In this document: positions 27,419 to 36,791 of the stretch, piece after piece | How the letters are laid out: each line of letters opens with the position of its first letter | Numbering within the stretch: the first letter of the stretch is position 1 | From: an uncultured Methanosarcinales archaeon | GTDB taxonomy: Archaea > Nanobdellota > Nanobdellia > Woesearchaeales > DSVV01 | Length of the DNA: 64,000 nt | NCBI GenBank assembly: GCA_964453185.1 | Contig: CAYVNN010000002.1 | Span: 55,843-119,842 of the forward strand | Direction of reading: 5' to 3' | Translations under genes and position numbers: made by a program | Notes under the pieces: generated by a model | The model's database searches: none | The model's input: the letters and a program-made list of their open reading frames with translations, nothing else | Told to the model about the DNA's origin: nothing

Positions 27419-28306
27419 ATGGATATAAGAAATGTACAAAGAACAGGGAAAATGCACTATGTTTATTTACCTACAACATGGTGTAAAACAAACAATATTA
27501 GTGGAGATTCAAAGATAATTCTTGAGACAAATAGAGATGGAACATTAAAGATATTTCCCCAATTAGTAGAAAGAAAACCAAAAAAACTTAATTTAAAGAT
27601 TAACGAAGACGATGAAGATATTATCCATAAATTAATTATTGCATGTTATATGAGTCCTGCTTCTGCATTTAAAATTCAATTAGAAAAAAACATAGATTAT
27701 ACAAAATTACTAAATCAAAAAAAATTAGTTAGTTTAGAATTAGTTGAATTAAGTAAAGATAAAGTAATCTGTGAATCATCAGTAATTGCAGGAGATACTG
27801 CTTCTCTAATCAGAACAATGATTAGAAAAATTAGAAACCTATTCACAATAATGTTAAAAAACTATGACAAAGAATTAATTGAAAAATATGAAGAAGAAAT
27901 TGATAGAAACAGACTATTAGTTGAGAAGTCAGTTATAGGAAGTTTAACACATTGTAGAACTCACAAATTAAAAAACATTGATTTATATTATATTGGAACA
28001 ATTTCAAGAAATCTAGAAAACATTGTAGACTTAGCAATCCTTCTCGACAAAAAAGAAAATAAATTTATTACAAAACTTACAAAAATAATGGATAATCTTA
28101 AGAAATTAATGAAAGATATAAGTAATGAAGATAATCCATCTCCTAATTATAAAGATGCAATCAAATTCACAAAAGAAGTTTCAAAACTAGAAGATGAAAA
28201 AGTAACAAATGTTTCTACATATATTAAAAAGAGAATTAAAACAGGTTTTTCAGAAATCTCTGAGACAATTATGGATTGGGGCATAACTAAAGAATTAGAA
28301 AAGTAA
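27419..28306 (+). CDS. AbrB-like N-terminal domain + PhoU-like regulator
   Basis: N-terminal IRNVQRTGKMHYVYLPTTW resembles the SpoVT/AbrB N-terminus of archaeal PhoU-family regulators. The rest is helical and repetitive. Confidence 0.45.
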   Translation: MDIRNVQRTGKMHYVYLPTTWCKTNNISGDSKIILETNRDGTLKIFPQLVERKPKKLNLKINEDDEDIIHKLIIACYMSPASAFKIQLEKNIDYTKLLNQKKLVSLELVELSKDKVICESSVIAGDTASLIRTMIRKIRNLFTIMLKNYDKELIEKYEEEIDRNRLLVEKSVIGSLTHCRTHKLKNIDLYYIGTISRNLENIVDLAILLDKKENKFITKLTKIMDNLKKLMKDISNEDNPSPNYKDAIKFTKEVSKLEDEKVTNVSTYIKKRIKTGFSEISETIMDWGITKELEK

Positions 28307-28320
28307 TTCTCAAATACAAT

Positions 28321-28476
28321 AATGCCACCGCCTTGGCTCATTATCCTATCACAACATAGTATAGCGACAGGATATAGCAAAAGCAATTTTTGCTTTCTGC
28401 TTATTACGAAAAGCTTGCTTTGAGTATACGGTTTGTACATTATACATACACATTGAGTCAGAGCCGCAGTGGCATT
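28321..28476. repeat. structured inverted-repeat element, copy E (longest, 156 nt)
   Basis: AATGCCACCGCCTTGGCTCATTAT ... TCAGAGCCGCAGTGGCATTAT. Begins 15 nt after the stop of 27419..28306. Confidence 0.75.
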
Positions 28477-28565
28477 ATCTAGTTCTAACAATATATACAG
28501 TAATATACAAAAAACACACTTCTTCAGGGAAAACTTTAAAAATTAAAAAAAATTCAAGTATTCTA

Positions 28566-28772
28566 ATGGGGAAAAGATGCATAATTTGTAAGGAAGAAGC
28601 TAATTATTTAATTAAAAACACAAACGATTTCTATTGTCAAGAATGTGCTGAAGATAACTTTGGAGATATATCTTATTTGATTACAGTTGAAGAACAAGCA
28701 AAACAACTCAAACAAATGATTGAAGAAAAACATAGAGAAGAAGAAAAAGAAGAAGATTTAGTTGTTGAGTAA
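28566..28772 (+). CDS. small zinc-ribbon protein with an acidic C-terminus
   Basis: CIICKEE...CQEC, then an E/K-rich tail. Confidence 0.4.
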   Translation: MGKRCIICKEEANYLIKNTNDFYCQECAEDNFGDISYLITVEEQAKQLKQMIEEKHREEEKEEDLVVE

Positions 28773-28776
28773 TTAT

Positions 28777-29091
28777 TTATTCTATATCCCCTGTACACAT
28801 CCAATTAATTTCTGCTGTTCTTGTTTCTAAATCAACAACACATGCAGGATTACAACCATCTTTTTCTAGATCCAAATCAATCCACATTGTATTTGTGTTT
28901 TCATTACAAGTATAAATATCATATAAAGCCTTTCCCTCCTCAACACATTCACTGTTTTCTACAGCTTCTATTGCATATTTGTATGGTACTCCATTACATT
29001 TAACTCCCATTTCAATTTTTTCTCCAGGATAATCACATCCAACTATAAACATCAAACTAATTAACATACATATTGTTATTATTCTTTTCAT
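28777..29091 (-). CDS. small secreted Cys-rich lipoprotein
   Basis: Signal peptide followed by IVGC; 8 Cys. Confidence 0.45.
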   Translation of the reverse strand: MKRIITICMLISLMFIVGCDYPGEKIEMGVKCNGVPYKYAIEAVENSECVEEGKALYDIYTCNENTNTMWIDLDLEKDGCNPACVVDLETRTAEINWMCTGDIE

Positions 29092-29103
29092 TGTTAAAAC
29101 CTC

Positions 29104-29520
29104 CTAATCTAAAGATCCATAAAACTCCAAATCAGCTGTTCCTATCATTGGTTCTGATCTAAAATACATTACCCAACACATCTCTTCACCTTCTGGAACA
29201 TCTAAAACAACCCACCTAAATGAAGGATGCCAACCATTAGATGAATTTTCTTCAAAAAGATGTGCAAACTTATTAATTGTTAAACCAGATTCTGCAAAGT
29301 ATTGAATAGCATCTTCTTTTGTAATCTCTTCTTCTATTGATTGATTAAACAAAATATAGATTTGTCCTTGTGCATAAGCATCTTCAGATAAACTATTCCA
29401 AAATTCACTATATTCACCATCAAAAGAACATGTTTTTTCATCAGGAACATGATCTACTTCAGTACAACCTATTATTAACAATATACTTAACATCATTAAA
29501 ATTACAAATATTTCTTTCAT
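29104..29520 (-). CDS. small secreted lipoprotein
   Basis: Signal peptide followed by IIGC. Confidence 0.45.
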   Translation of the reverse strand: MKEIFVILMMLSILLIIGCTEVDHVPDEKTCSFDGEYSEFWNSLSEDAYAQGQIYILFNQSIEEEITKEDAIQYFAESGLTINKFAHLFEENSSNGWHPSFRWVVLDVPEGEEMCWVMYFRSEPMIGTADLEFYGSLD

Positions 29521-29583
29521 ATTATTATACTAAAATAAGCTTATATAAATACATGTCTATGGTTTTAATTAAGATTAAAGCTA

Positions 29584-30234
29584 TTATAATAAATCACTAG
29601 GAACCTTTCTTGTTAATGCATAACCATGTATTCCTCGTTGTAATAAAGAAATCAATTCATAATAAACAGAATGATCTAATTTAGAACCTGTGCTTATTTG
29701 ATCTTTTACACAACTTACTGGATCAATTAAAACTCTTGGATTCCTTCTTTTTTCAAGTAAAAATCCATACACTCTTGCTGCTCTTGCCCCCACACAAGCA
29801 GAAATTACTGCGTATTGTTTACTTGGATCACAACCACCAAAATTTTCTAGATCTGAAGCATCAATTCCATTCAAAGAACGATAACAATAAGAAAGATGCG
29901 TACCTGTATACCTTACATAACCTCCTGAAAATAAAATAACTGGTTCTTCTTTTTCTCCTAAAAGATCAAGTATTTCTCTTCCCCAAATATTTGTTTGATT
30001 TTCATCATATCCTGATTCAGAAAAACAAGGAATATCACCAACCAAATCAGTAAGAACTTCTTCTCCAAAAGCAGAAGAATGAAAAAGTCTAATTGGAACT
30101 TCTTGTTGCCTTAATTCTTTAATTAATTCAACAACTTCTCTAAGTGCTCTTTTTCTCTCATCTCCCTGAACAGTTTCTCCACTCTTCCTCTTATATTCAT
30201 AAGCACCTTCAACTATATGTAAATCTAATTCCAT
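29584..30234 (-). CDS. hypothetical protein (216 aa), downstream gene of a two-gene module
   Basis: No motif recognised. Arg-rich; tightly linked (44-nt gap) to 30279..31133. Confidence 0.4.
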   Translation of the reverse strand: MELDLHIVEGAYEYKRKSGETVQGDERKRALREVVELIKELRQQEVPIRLFHSSAFGEEVLTDLVGDIPCFSESGYDENQTNIWGREILDLLGEKEEPVILFSGGYVRYTGTHLSYCYRSLNGIDASDLENFGGCDPSKQYAVISACVGARAARVYGFLLEKRRNPRVLIDPVSCVKDQISTGSKLDHSVYYELISLLQRGIHGYALTRKVPSDLL

Positions 30235-30278
30235 AATAACCCCAACAAAAAGAAAGAAATGAATATTAATTTAAAAAG

Positions 30279-31133
30279 TTATGGCACAGGAGAATATCTT
30301 TCTGCAAAATTAACTCGAGTTAAATGTTTGTATTGTTCTGCATCAACAACTTGTGGAAAAGCAATTGCATAACCAAAATTAGGAGAACTTGAATCACAAT
30401 TTAAAGGAGGTAAAATTACACTACCATATCCAACACTAACCTCTTCAAAAACCATAGCTAATAAACACCTTTGTTTCCCTTTCCTCTGTCTTAAAACTTC
30501 ACAAGCATAAACATTTAGTAATCCATTCAATACAATGAGCGGTAGATGATAATTCCTTGGATCTTCACGTAAAGCATCATTAACACCAGTTGAACTACCA
30601 AACAATGAATGTTCTAATGGAGTCAAAATTCCATTATGTGTTCTAGGATCATATAATCTTTGTGCTTGCATTGCTTCTTCTAATGACACTGGCCTTTTAT
30701 AAGGGAACATTGTTCTAAGATCATCTCTACCTGTTGCATCATTTAATTCTTCATCAACTAAAACAGGATCTTCTAATGTAGATAAATAAAATGGAGAACT
30801 TTGATCTAAACAAATTGGATTTAAACTCATTACTCCTTTTCCTTGCTTACCAAAATATCTTGTATCAGATCTGTGTTCTCCCATAAGATTTCTTATTCTT
30901 ATACAATCTTCAACAGTTACATTATAATCAAGGCATAAAGGTTTAAATGGATATTGTCCATTAGTCCGCCTCCTAACTTTTTCATCAGCTTGTCTAGGAA
31001 TAATTGCTAATTCAATTTCTTGTGTTGTTAAAAAAAGAGCAACATTAAACCAAAAATCTCTTCTATCAAAATTAGGATGTTCTCTAAAAAATCGTCTAAC
31101 TTCATTATACCAAGGAAACATCTGACTTAACAT
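30279..31133 (-). CDS. hypothetical protein (284 aa), upstream gene of a two-gene module
   Basis: No motif recognised. Composition differs from the neighbours (Arg/Pro-rich). Confidence 0.4.
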   Translation of the reverse strand: MLSQMFPWYNEVRRFFREHPNFDRRDFWFNVALFLTTQEIELAIIPRQADEKVRRRTNGQYPFKPLCLDYNVTVEDCIRIRNLMGEHRSDTRYFGKQGKGVMSLNPICLDQSSPFYLSTLEDPVLVDEELNDATGRDDLRTMFPYKRPVSLEEAMQAQRLYDPRTHNGILTPLEHSLFGSSTGVNDALREDPRNYHLPLIVLNGLLNVYACEVLRQRKGKQRCLLAMVFEEVSVGYGSVILPPLNCDSSSPNFGYAIAFPQVVDAEQYKHLTRVNFAERYSPVP

Positions 31134-31200
31134 AAATTAAGGTAATCAATTAAGATATAAAAATCTAATGCAAATATTTATATATTCTTAACTAAATATT

Positions 31201-32547
31201 TTGATAAAAAGGGGTGAATTAGTGGAATCTATCATAATCTTACAGTTTTTTCTTGCAATAGCACTAGGTGCAGTTATTGGTTTAGAGAGAGAGTTTGAAT
31301 TTCAAAGAAGAAAGGTAAAAGATTTTGGTGGAATAAGAACATTTGTTTTATTAGCTGTATTTGGTGCATTGATTGGTTATGTTTCAAATATACTAATGGG
31401 ATATGAAATTCTTGTCACAGTTGGTTTTATTTCTGTCATTGCTTTAATCATAGCGGGCTATGTTGTTGTTTCTAGAAAAACAGGAAGTATTGGTGCAACA
31501 ACTGAAATCTCTGCAATGATTAGTTTTTTATTAGGAATTTTTGTAATGAAAGGCTTCATCACATTATCTGTTATTGCTGCAATTGTAACTGCTGCAGTCT
31601 TAGCATTTAAACCACAACTTCATTGGTTTGCAAAAAAGATTGAAACAGAAGAACTTTATGCTTCTTTAAAATTTGGAATAATAACATTAGTTGTTCTTCC
31701 ATTACTCCCAAATACTGCTTACGCATTAACAGACATTCCATTATTAAAAGATATCATTAACAGTTTTCCGCAAGCAGCAAGTATTCTCTCAGAAATTGCT
31801 GTTTTTAACCCTTTCAAAATTTGGTTAATGGTTGTTTTTATTACAGGCATTAGTTACGTAGGATATATTTTAATAAAACAGATTGGTGCAGATAAAGGAA
31901 TTGGTTTAACTGGATTTTTAGGAGGACTTGTTTCAAGTACTGCAGTAACTTCATCATTATCATTAGAATCAAAAAGAGTTAAAAAAATAGTAAAACCATT
32001 TGTTGCTGGTGTCATGATTGCATCTTCAACAATGTTTTTAAGAGTTTTATTTGAAGTTTTAGTTATTAACAAATCATTATTAAAGTATTTAATATTTCCA
32101 ATAGGTGCAATGGCTATAACTGGTTTTGCATCTGTAATCTTTATTTATTTAAGTGAGAAAAAACAAAAGAAAGTAAAACAAAAATTAGATTTTGAAACAC
32201 CATTTGCACTTATGCCTGCTATTAAGTTTGGTTTATTCTTTGCATTTGTTTTGTTCATTGCAAAATTATTGCAAGTTTTACTTGGTAATTCAGGGTTATA
32301 CCTTGCAGGATTATTATCAGGTTTAGCAGATGTTGATGCAATCACAATCTCAATGGCATCTTTATCTATGAGTGGAGACATTTCAGCAAAAGCAGCTATC
32401 AGCACAATAACAATAGCTGTTTGCAGTAATACTGTTGTCAAAGGTACAATGGCTTACATGTTTGGTGGAAAAGAATATGGTAAATGGATAGTAAGCATAT
32501 TTGGAATAATATTAATTATTGGACTAATTGTACTATTAATAATTTAA
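31201..32547 (+). CDS. MgtC/SapB-family N-terminal domain fused to a DUF4010-like membrane domain
   Basis: LAIALGAVIGLEREF...FGGIRTFVLLAV is the MgtC signature; about 10 further TM helices. Alternative GTG start at 31222, after a GGGGTG RBS. Confidence 0.6.
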   Translation: MIKRGELVESIIILQFFLAIALGAVIGLEREFEFQRRKVKDFGGIRTFVLLAVFGALIGYVSNILMGYEILVTVGFISVIALIIAGYVVVSRKTGSIGATTEISAMISFLLGIFVMKGFITLSVIAAIVTAAVLAFKPQLHWFAKKIETEELYASLKFGIITLVVLPLLPNTAYALTDIPLLKDIINSFPQAASILSEIAVFNPFKIWLMVVFITGISYVGYILIKQIGADKGIGLTGFLGGLVSSTAVTSSLSLESKRVKKIVKPFVAGVMIASSTMFLRVLFEVLVINKSLLKYLIFPIGAMAITGFASVIFIYLSEKKQKKVKQKLDFETPFALMPAIKFGLFFAFVLFIAKLLQVLLGNSGLYLAGLLSGLADVDAITISMASLSMSGDISAKAAISTITIAVCSNTVVKGTMAYMFGGKEYGKWIVSIFGIILIIGLIVLLII

Positions 32548-33422
32548 TTGGGCCAATAATCATTATAGACATTCCAACAAACATCCTGCTTTGCTTCACA
32601 TAATTGACTTTTAGCAATAATTTCTAACAAACTTTCTTCTGTATGTCCAAATAATGAAACATAATCAAGAAAACCATAACCAAATATTTCTCTATTCCTT
32701 TCATCACAATCTCTATTAACATGTTCATCAAGAAACTTATCTTCTGCCTCTTCCATTGTAAGAAAACCACCTTGAACCTTATCTAAATAAACATCTAAGC
32801 TAACTAAACAAGATTCTTCTGCTGAAGCATAAGCACCACTATAAAAATCCATAGGAATTTTCAACATATAAATAGAAAGATAAGGTAAATCTCTTGTCTG
32901 AATTACTCTTAAAACAATTTCATAATTAGTTCCACCATTATTAAGCAAATAATGAATATGTTTATCATGTTCTGTCAAAGAAAGGGTAAAAACAGCATGA
33001 CATCCTTCATGAGGTATACATTCTGGACCAAAGCCTTCACCAGGATCTAATAAAATACCTTCATCATAAATATCCCCTTTTGGATCTCTGTATTCTACAT
33101 ATAGACAAGATTTTTTATTATTTTCATTAGTATAATAAAGCATGTCACCATCATCAAAATCATCAAAAGTTTGATTACAAGCATTATAATCACCTAAAAA
33201 AACATCACTACCAAATTGTCTACTCTCAATTCCAAACAACATTCTTTGATCAGAAGCTTCAGCTATATCTTCTACAGCTGGTTGTAATAATTCAACAGTT
33301 TCTCTAGCAGCTGCAACTGTTTCATTATGTGATATTCTAAGATATATATCACTAATCCTATCATAATCTGTCTCACTACATGCAGACAATACCAAAACCA
33401 TAGGAAATAATCTATTTATCAT
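32544..33422 (-). CDS. secreted lipoprotein, hypothetical
   Basis: Signal peptide MINRLFPMVLVLSACS; acidic, Cys-containing. Confidence 0.45.
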   Translation of the reverse strand: MINRLFPMVLVLSACSETDYDRISDIYLRISHNETVAAARETVELLQPAVEDIAEASDQRMLFGIESRQFGSDVFLGDYNACNQTFDDFDDGDMLYYTNENNKKSCLYVEYRDPKGDIYDEGILLDPGEGFGPECIPHEGCHAVFTLSLTEHDKHIHYLLNNGGTNYEIVLRVIQTRDLPYLSIYMLKIPMDFYSGAYASAEESCLVSLDVYLDKVQGGFLTMEEAEDKFLDEHVNRDCDERNREIFGYGFLDYVSLFGHTEESLLEIIAKSQLCEAKQDVCWNVYNDYWPN

Positions 33423-33531
33423 TTAAATAGGAAATCTTAAAAGATATATAAATAATACTAAGATTCCAAAACTTATATAAACCACTAATTAATTCTGAGT
33501 ACATATATTTAATAAAACGGAGGGATATAAT

Positions 33532-35520
33532 ATGAACTATGCTATTTTTATACCAATATTCATTGTATTGGGATTGTTATTTGCAGGTTATCTAACTATG
33601 CAGATAAATAGAGAAAAAAGAGGAAATAAGAAAATGATCGAAATTTCCGATGCTATTAAAGAAGGTGCAATGGCTTTCTTAAATAGAGAATATAAAGCTT
33701 TAATTGTTTATGCAATTATTGTAACAATTATTCTTGGAATATTCTTAAATATTCCAACAGCAATTGCATTTGTATGCGGTGCATTCTTATCTGGTTTAGC
33801 TGGATATATTGGAATGAGAATTGCAACATCTGCAAATGTAAGAACAGCAAATGCTGCTCAAACAGGATTAGGAAATGCATTAAAGATTGCATTTTCATCT
33901 GGAGCAGTTATGGGTCTATGTGTAGTAAGCTTAGGTTTACTAGGAATCTTCTTATTATATGCACAATTTCAAGACGTATCAATTTTATTTGGATTTAGTT
34001 TTGGTGCATCATCAATTGCATTGTTCGCAAGAGTTGGAGGTGGAATTTTTACAAAAGCAGCAGATGTTGGTGCTGACTTAGTAGGAAAAGTTGAAGCAGG
34101 TATTCCTGAGGACGATCCAAGAAACCCAGCAGTTATCGCTGATAACGTGGGAGATAATGTTGGAGATGTAGCAGGAATGGGCGCAGACTTGTTTGAAAGT
34201 TATGTTGGAAGTATTATTGCTGCTATGGCAATAGGAGTTGTACTTTATGGAATGGATGGATTATTACTACCATTATTAATTGCAGCATTTGGTATTGGTG
34301 CTTCTATCATTGGTAACTTCTTTGTTAAAGCTAAAGAAGATGGATCAAATATTCAAAGCGCATTAAAATACGGATTATATGTTGCAAGTGCACTTGCAAT
34401 CTTGTGTATGTATTGGTTAACAAGAACATTATTACCACTAGCAGACAGTTTTAATGTTTTCTTAGCACTTGTAGCTGGACTTATTGCAGGTATTTTAATT
34501 GGCTTATTGACAGAGTATTATACATCTGACAAATATGCACCAGTTAAAAAAATCGCAGAAAGTTCAAAAACAGGAAGTGCAACAAACATAATTCAAGGAT
34601 TAGCAGTTGGTTATGAAAGTACAGCATTACCTATTTTAGTAATTGCAATTGCAATCTATATTGCATATAATTTTGCAGGGCTTTACGGAATTGCATTAAG
34701 TGCAGTTGGTATGTTGTCTACTTTAGGAATTTCATTAGCAATTGATGCTTATGGTCCAGTAGCAGACAACGCAGGCGGTATTTCAGAAATGGCTGGACTT
34801 GGTGCACATGTTAGAAAAAGAACAGATATGTTAGATTCAGCAGGTAATACAACAGCAGCAATTGGAAAAGGTTTTGCAATTGGTTCAGCTGCATTAACCG
34901 CATTAGCATTGTTCTCAGCATTTACACAGACAGCTAACCTGTCATCAATTGACATAATGAATCCAATGGTTATAATTGGTTTATTACTAGGTGGAATGTT
35001 ACCATTCTTATTTTCATCAATGAGCATGCAAGCAGTAGGAAGAGCAGCATTCTCAATGATTGAAGAAGTAAGAAGACAATTCAAAAACATCAAAGGATTA
35101 ATGGAAGGTAAAGCAAAAGCAGATTACAAAAAATGTGTTGATATTTCAACAGCAGCTGCATTAAAAGAAATGATAATGCCAGGAGTATTAGCAATCGCAG
35201 CACCATTAATTGTTGGATTTGTTTTAGGACCAATGGGACTAGGAGGAATGTTGGCTGGATCACTAGTTTGTGGAGTAGTATTTGCAATTTCAATGGCTAA
35301 TTCAGGTGGAGCATGGGACAATGCAAAGAAATACATTGAAGCAGGACATTATGGTGGAAAGGGAAGTGATGCACATAAAGCAGCGGTTGTCGGCGACACA
35401 GTAGGTGACCCAAAAAAAGATACAAGTTCTCCGTCAATCAACATATTAATCAAGTTGATGACAATAATATCTTTAGTCTTCTTACCACTAATCCTAAAGT
35501 ACGGAGGACTTTTGGTATAA
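33532..35520 (+). CDS. hppA: membrane-bound proton/sodium-translocating pyrophosphatase
   Basis: [40 protein letters not shown] and the C-terminal [14 protein letters not shown] are diagnostic V-PPase motifs. 662 aa, about 16 TM helices. Confidence 0.9.
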   Translation: MNYAIFIPIFIVLGLLFAGYLTMQINREKRGNKKMIEISDAIKEGAMAFLNREYKALIVYAIIVTIILGIFLNIPTAIAFVCGAFLSGLAGYIGMRIATSANVRTANAAQTGLGNALKIAFSSGAVMGLCVVSLGLLGIFLLYAQFQDVSILFGFSFGASSIALFARVGGGIFTKAADVGADLVGKVEAGIPEDDPRNPAVIADNVGDNVGDVAGMGADLFESYVGSIIAAMAIGVVLYGMDGLLLPLLIAAFGIGASIIGNFFVKAKEDGSNIQSALKYGLYVASALAILCMYWLTRTLLPLADSFNVFLALVAGLIAGILIGLLTEYYTSDKYAPVKKIAESSKTGSATNIIQGLAVGYESTALPILVIAIAIYIAYNFAGLYGIALSAVGMLSTLGISLAIDAYGPVADNAGGISEMAGLGAHVRKRTDMLDSAGNTTAAIGKGFAIGSAALTALALFSAFTQTANLSSIDIMNPMVIIGLLLGGMLPFLFSSMSMQAVGRAAFSMIEEVRRQFKNIKGLMEGKAKADYKKCVDISTAAALKEMIMPGVLAIAAPLIVGFVLGPMGLGGMLAGSLVCGVVFAISMANSGGAWDNAKKYIEAGHYGGKGSDAHKAAVVGDTVGDPKKDTSSPSINILIKLMTIISLVFLPLILKYGGLLV

Positions 35521-36573
35521 AATTTCTTTTTTTATTTTCTTTCTTAATTCTTGCCACAAAGGTTCTACTTGATTCCATAATTTATCTTTATTCTCTAAAA
35601 TAAATTGCATTTTCCTAATTTTTTCACTATGTTTACTTAATGGCAACATTTTTTTAATTAAATTGTGGGTATCTTTTTTTCTATTAAGTGTAACATTATA
35701 GATATTAAAATTAAATTGTCCAGAAGGAGATCTGTCACCGTTCTTATTTTCTAAACGAAATAATGGATGAAATCTTTTTGATTTTAATTTATCTTTAATC
35801 TGTTCCAATATCCTTTTATCTCCTGTCCTTAATCTAAAAACATATCTAAAATGCTTATCATGACTTTTATTTATATTCCAATTAGATTCACAATCTGCAT
35901 ATGCTGTTAAAAATTGGTAAAATAATTCATTATTTTCTAAAATCCAAGAAGGGATTTTATTAGGTTTTTCGACGAGAAAATCAAATGACTCATGTAAATC
36001 AACATAAATAAACCATTCATCATTTCTATCCTTATGTCGAGAATAATATTTCCTAATTTCTCCATATTTCTTAAATGAATCATTCAATAGATCAATTTGA
36101 GCATTATGTGTCGTACTAGTCTGTATTCTAATAGATTTTCTTGCCCGTTTTGCATAAAAATCTCCTGCTCTTAATCCCAATAAAAATGCTTTTTTGTTAA
36201 GATCACCACAAAATGGTTTTTTAAATTTTTTAGTTAATGCCTGAGAAACAGTTTTTCTTTTTATTCCATAATTTTCTAACTTTTTTCTAACAGTTCTACC
36301 AAATTTAATACCAAATTTCTTTGCAATCTCTCTTGAACTTAATCTTTTATTCCAATATAGATCTTCCAAAACAGTTTTTGGAATATGAATTTTCTTTCTA
36401 TAAGCAGGTCTTCTCTTAATATCAAACTTACATAACCAATAGTGTATGTTTGAACCATTACAACCAAATTTCTTTCCAATCTGATTTAATGATAGTTTTT
36501 TGTCTATGTAAAGCTCTTTCAATTTTTCTTTAGTAAATTTTAATCCTTTTTTCATTTTAATCATTTCACTCAA
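35494..36573 (-). CDS. free-standing homing-endonuclease-like protein: two NUMOD1-type HTH repeats + LAGLIDADG domain
   Basis: Repeats [20 protein letters not shown] and [20 protein letters not shown] (NUMOD1-like). LAGLIDADG-like [14 protein letters not shown] and [13 protein letters not shown]. Its 3' end overlaps the 3' end of hppA by 27 nt on the opposite strand. Confidence 0.55.
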   Translation of the reverse strand: MSEMIKMKKGLKFTKEKLKELYIDKKLSLNQIGKKFGCNGSNIHYWLCKFDIKRRPAYRKKIHIPKTVLEDLYWNKRLSSREIAKKFGIKFGRTVRKKLENYGIKRKTVSQALTKKFKKPFCGDLNKKAFLLGLRAGDFYAKRARKSIRIQTSTTHNAQIDLLNDSFKKYGEIRKYYSRHKDRNDEWFIYVDLHESFDFLVEKPNKIPSWILENNELFYQFLTAYADCESNWNINKSHDKHFRYVFRLRTGDKRILEQIKDKLKSKRFHPLFRLENKNGDRSPSGQFNFNIYNVTLNRKKDTHNLIKKMLPLSKHSEKIRKMQFILENKDKLWNQVEPLWQELRKKIKKEILYQKSSVL

Positions 36574-36710
36574 AGAACATAGATGATTAAAATAATAGAA
36601 AAATACAAGGATTAATAAAACTTATGATTAGAAAGATACATCCGGACAAACTACCAATAAAATCAGAATATTTCCGGAATTTACTTTAAACCCTTATTTT
36701 TTATTTCTTT

Positions 36711-36756
36711 TTATTTACCACCAAAAAGTAATGTCAAAACAAAACATTTATAAATG
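36711..36756 (+). promoter_or_regulatory. conserved upstream element + BRE/TATA (TTATTTACCACCAAAAAGTAATGTCAAAACAAAACATTTATAAATG) for the SLT gene
   Basis: About 88% identical to 45361..45406, upstream of the cyclase gene. TTTATAA TATA box at 36747-36754, roughly 40 nt before the ATG. Confidence 0.5.
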
Positions 36757-36791
36757 AAATTCTATTACCTTACTCAATCGAGGGACAATAT

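Noticed and set aside
29584-31133. Idea that 29584..31133, 2640..3796, 44633..45175 and 56574..57596 are GC-rich horizontally acquired islands
   Set aside because: Sampling 60-nt windows gave 28-38% GC, within the range of neighbouring genes (the giant gene at 8313..12197 reaches about 43%). The impression came mainly from Arg-rich protein composition, so no island call was made.
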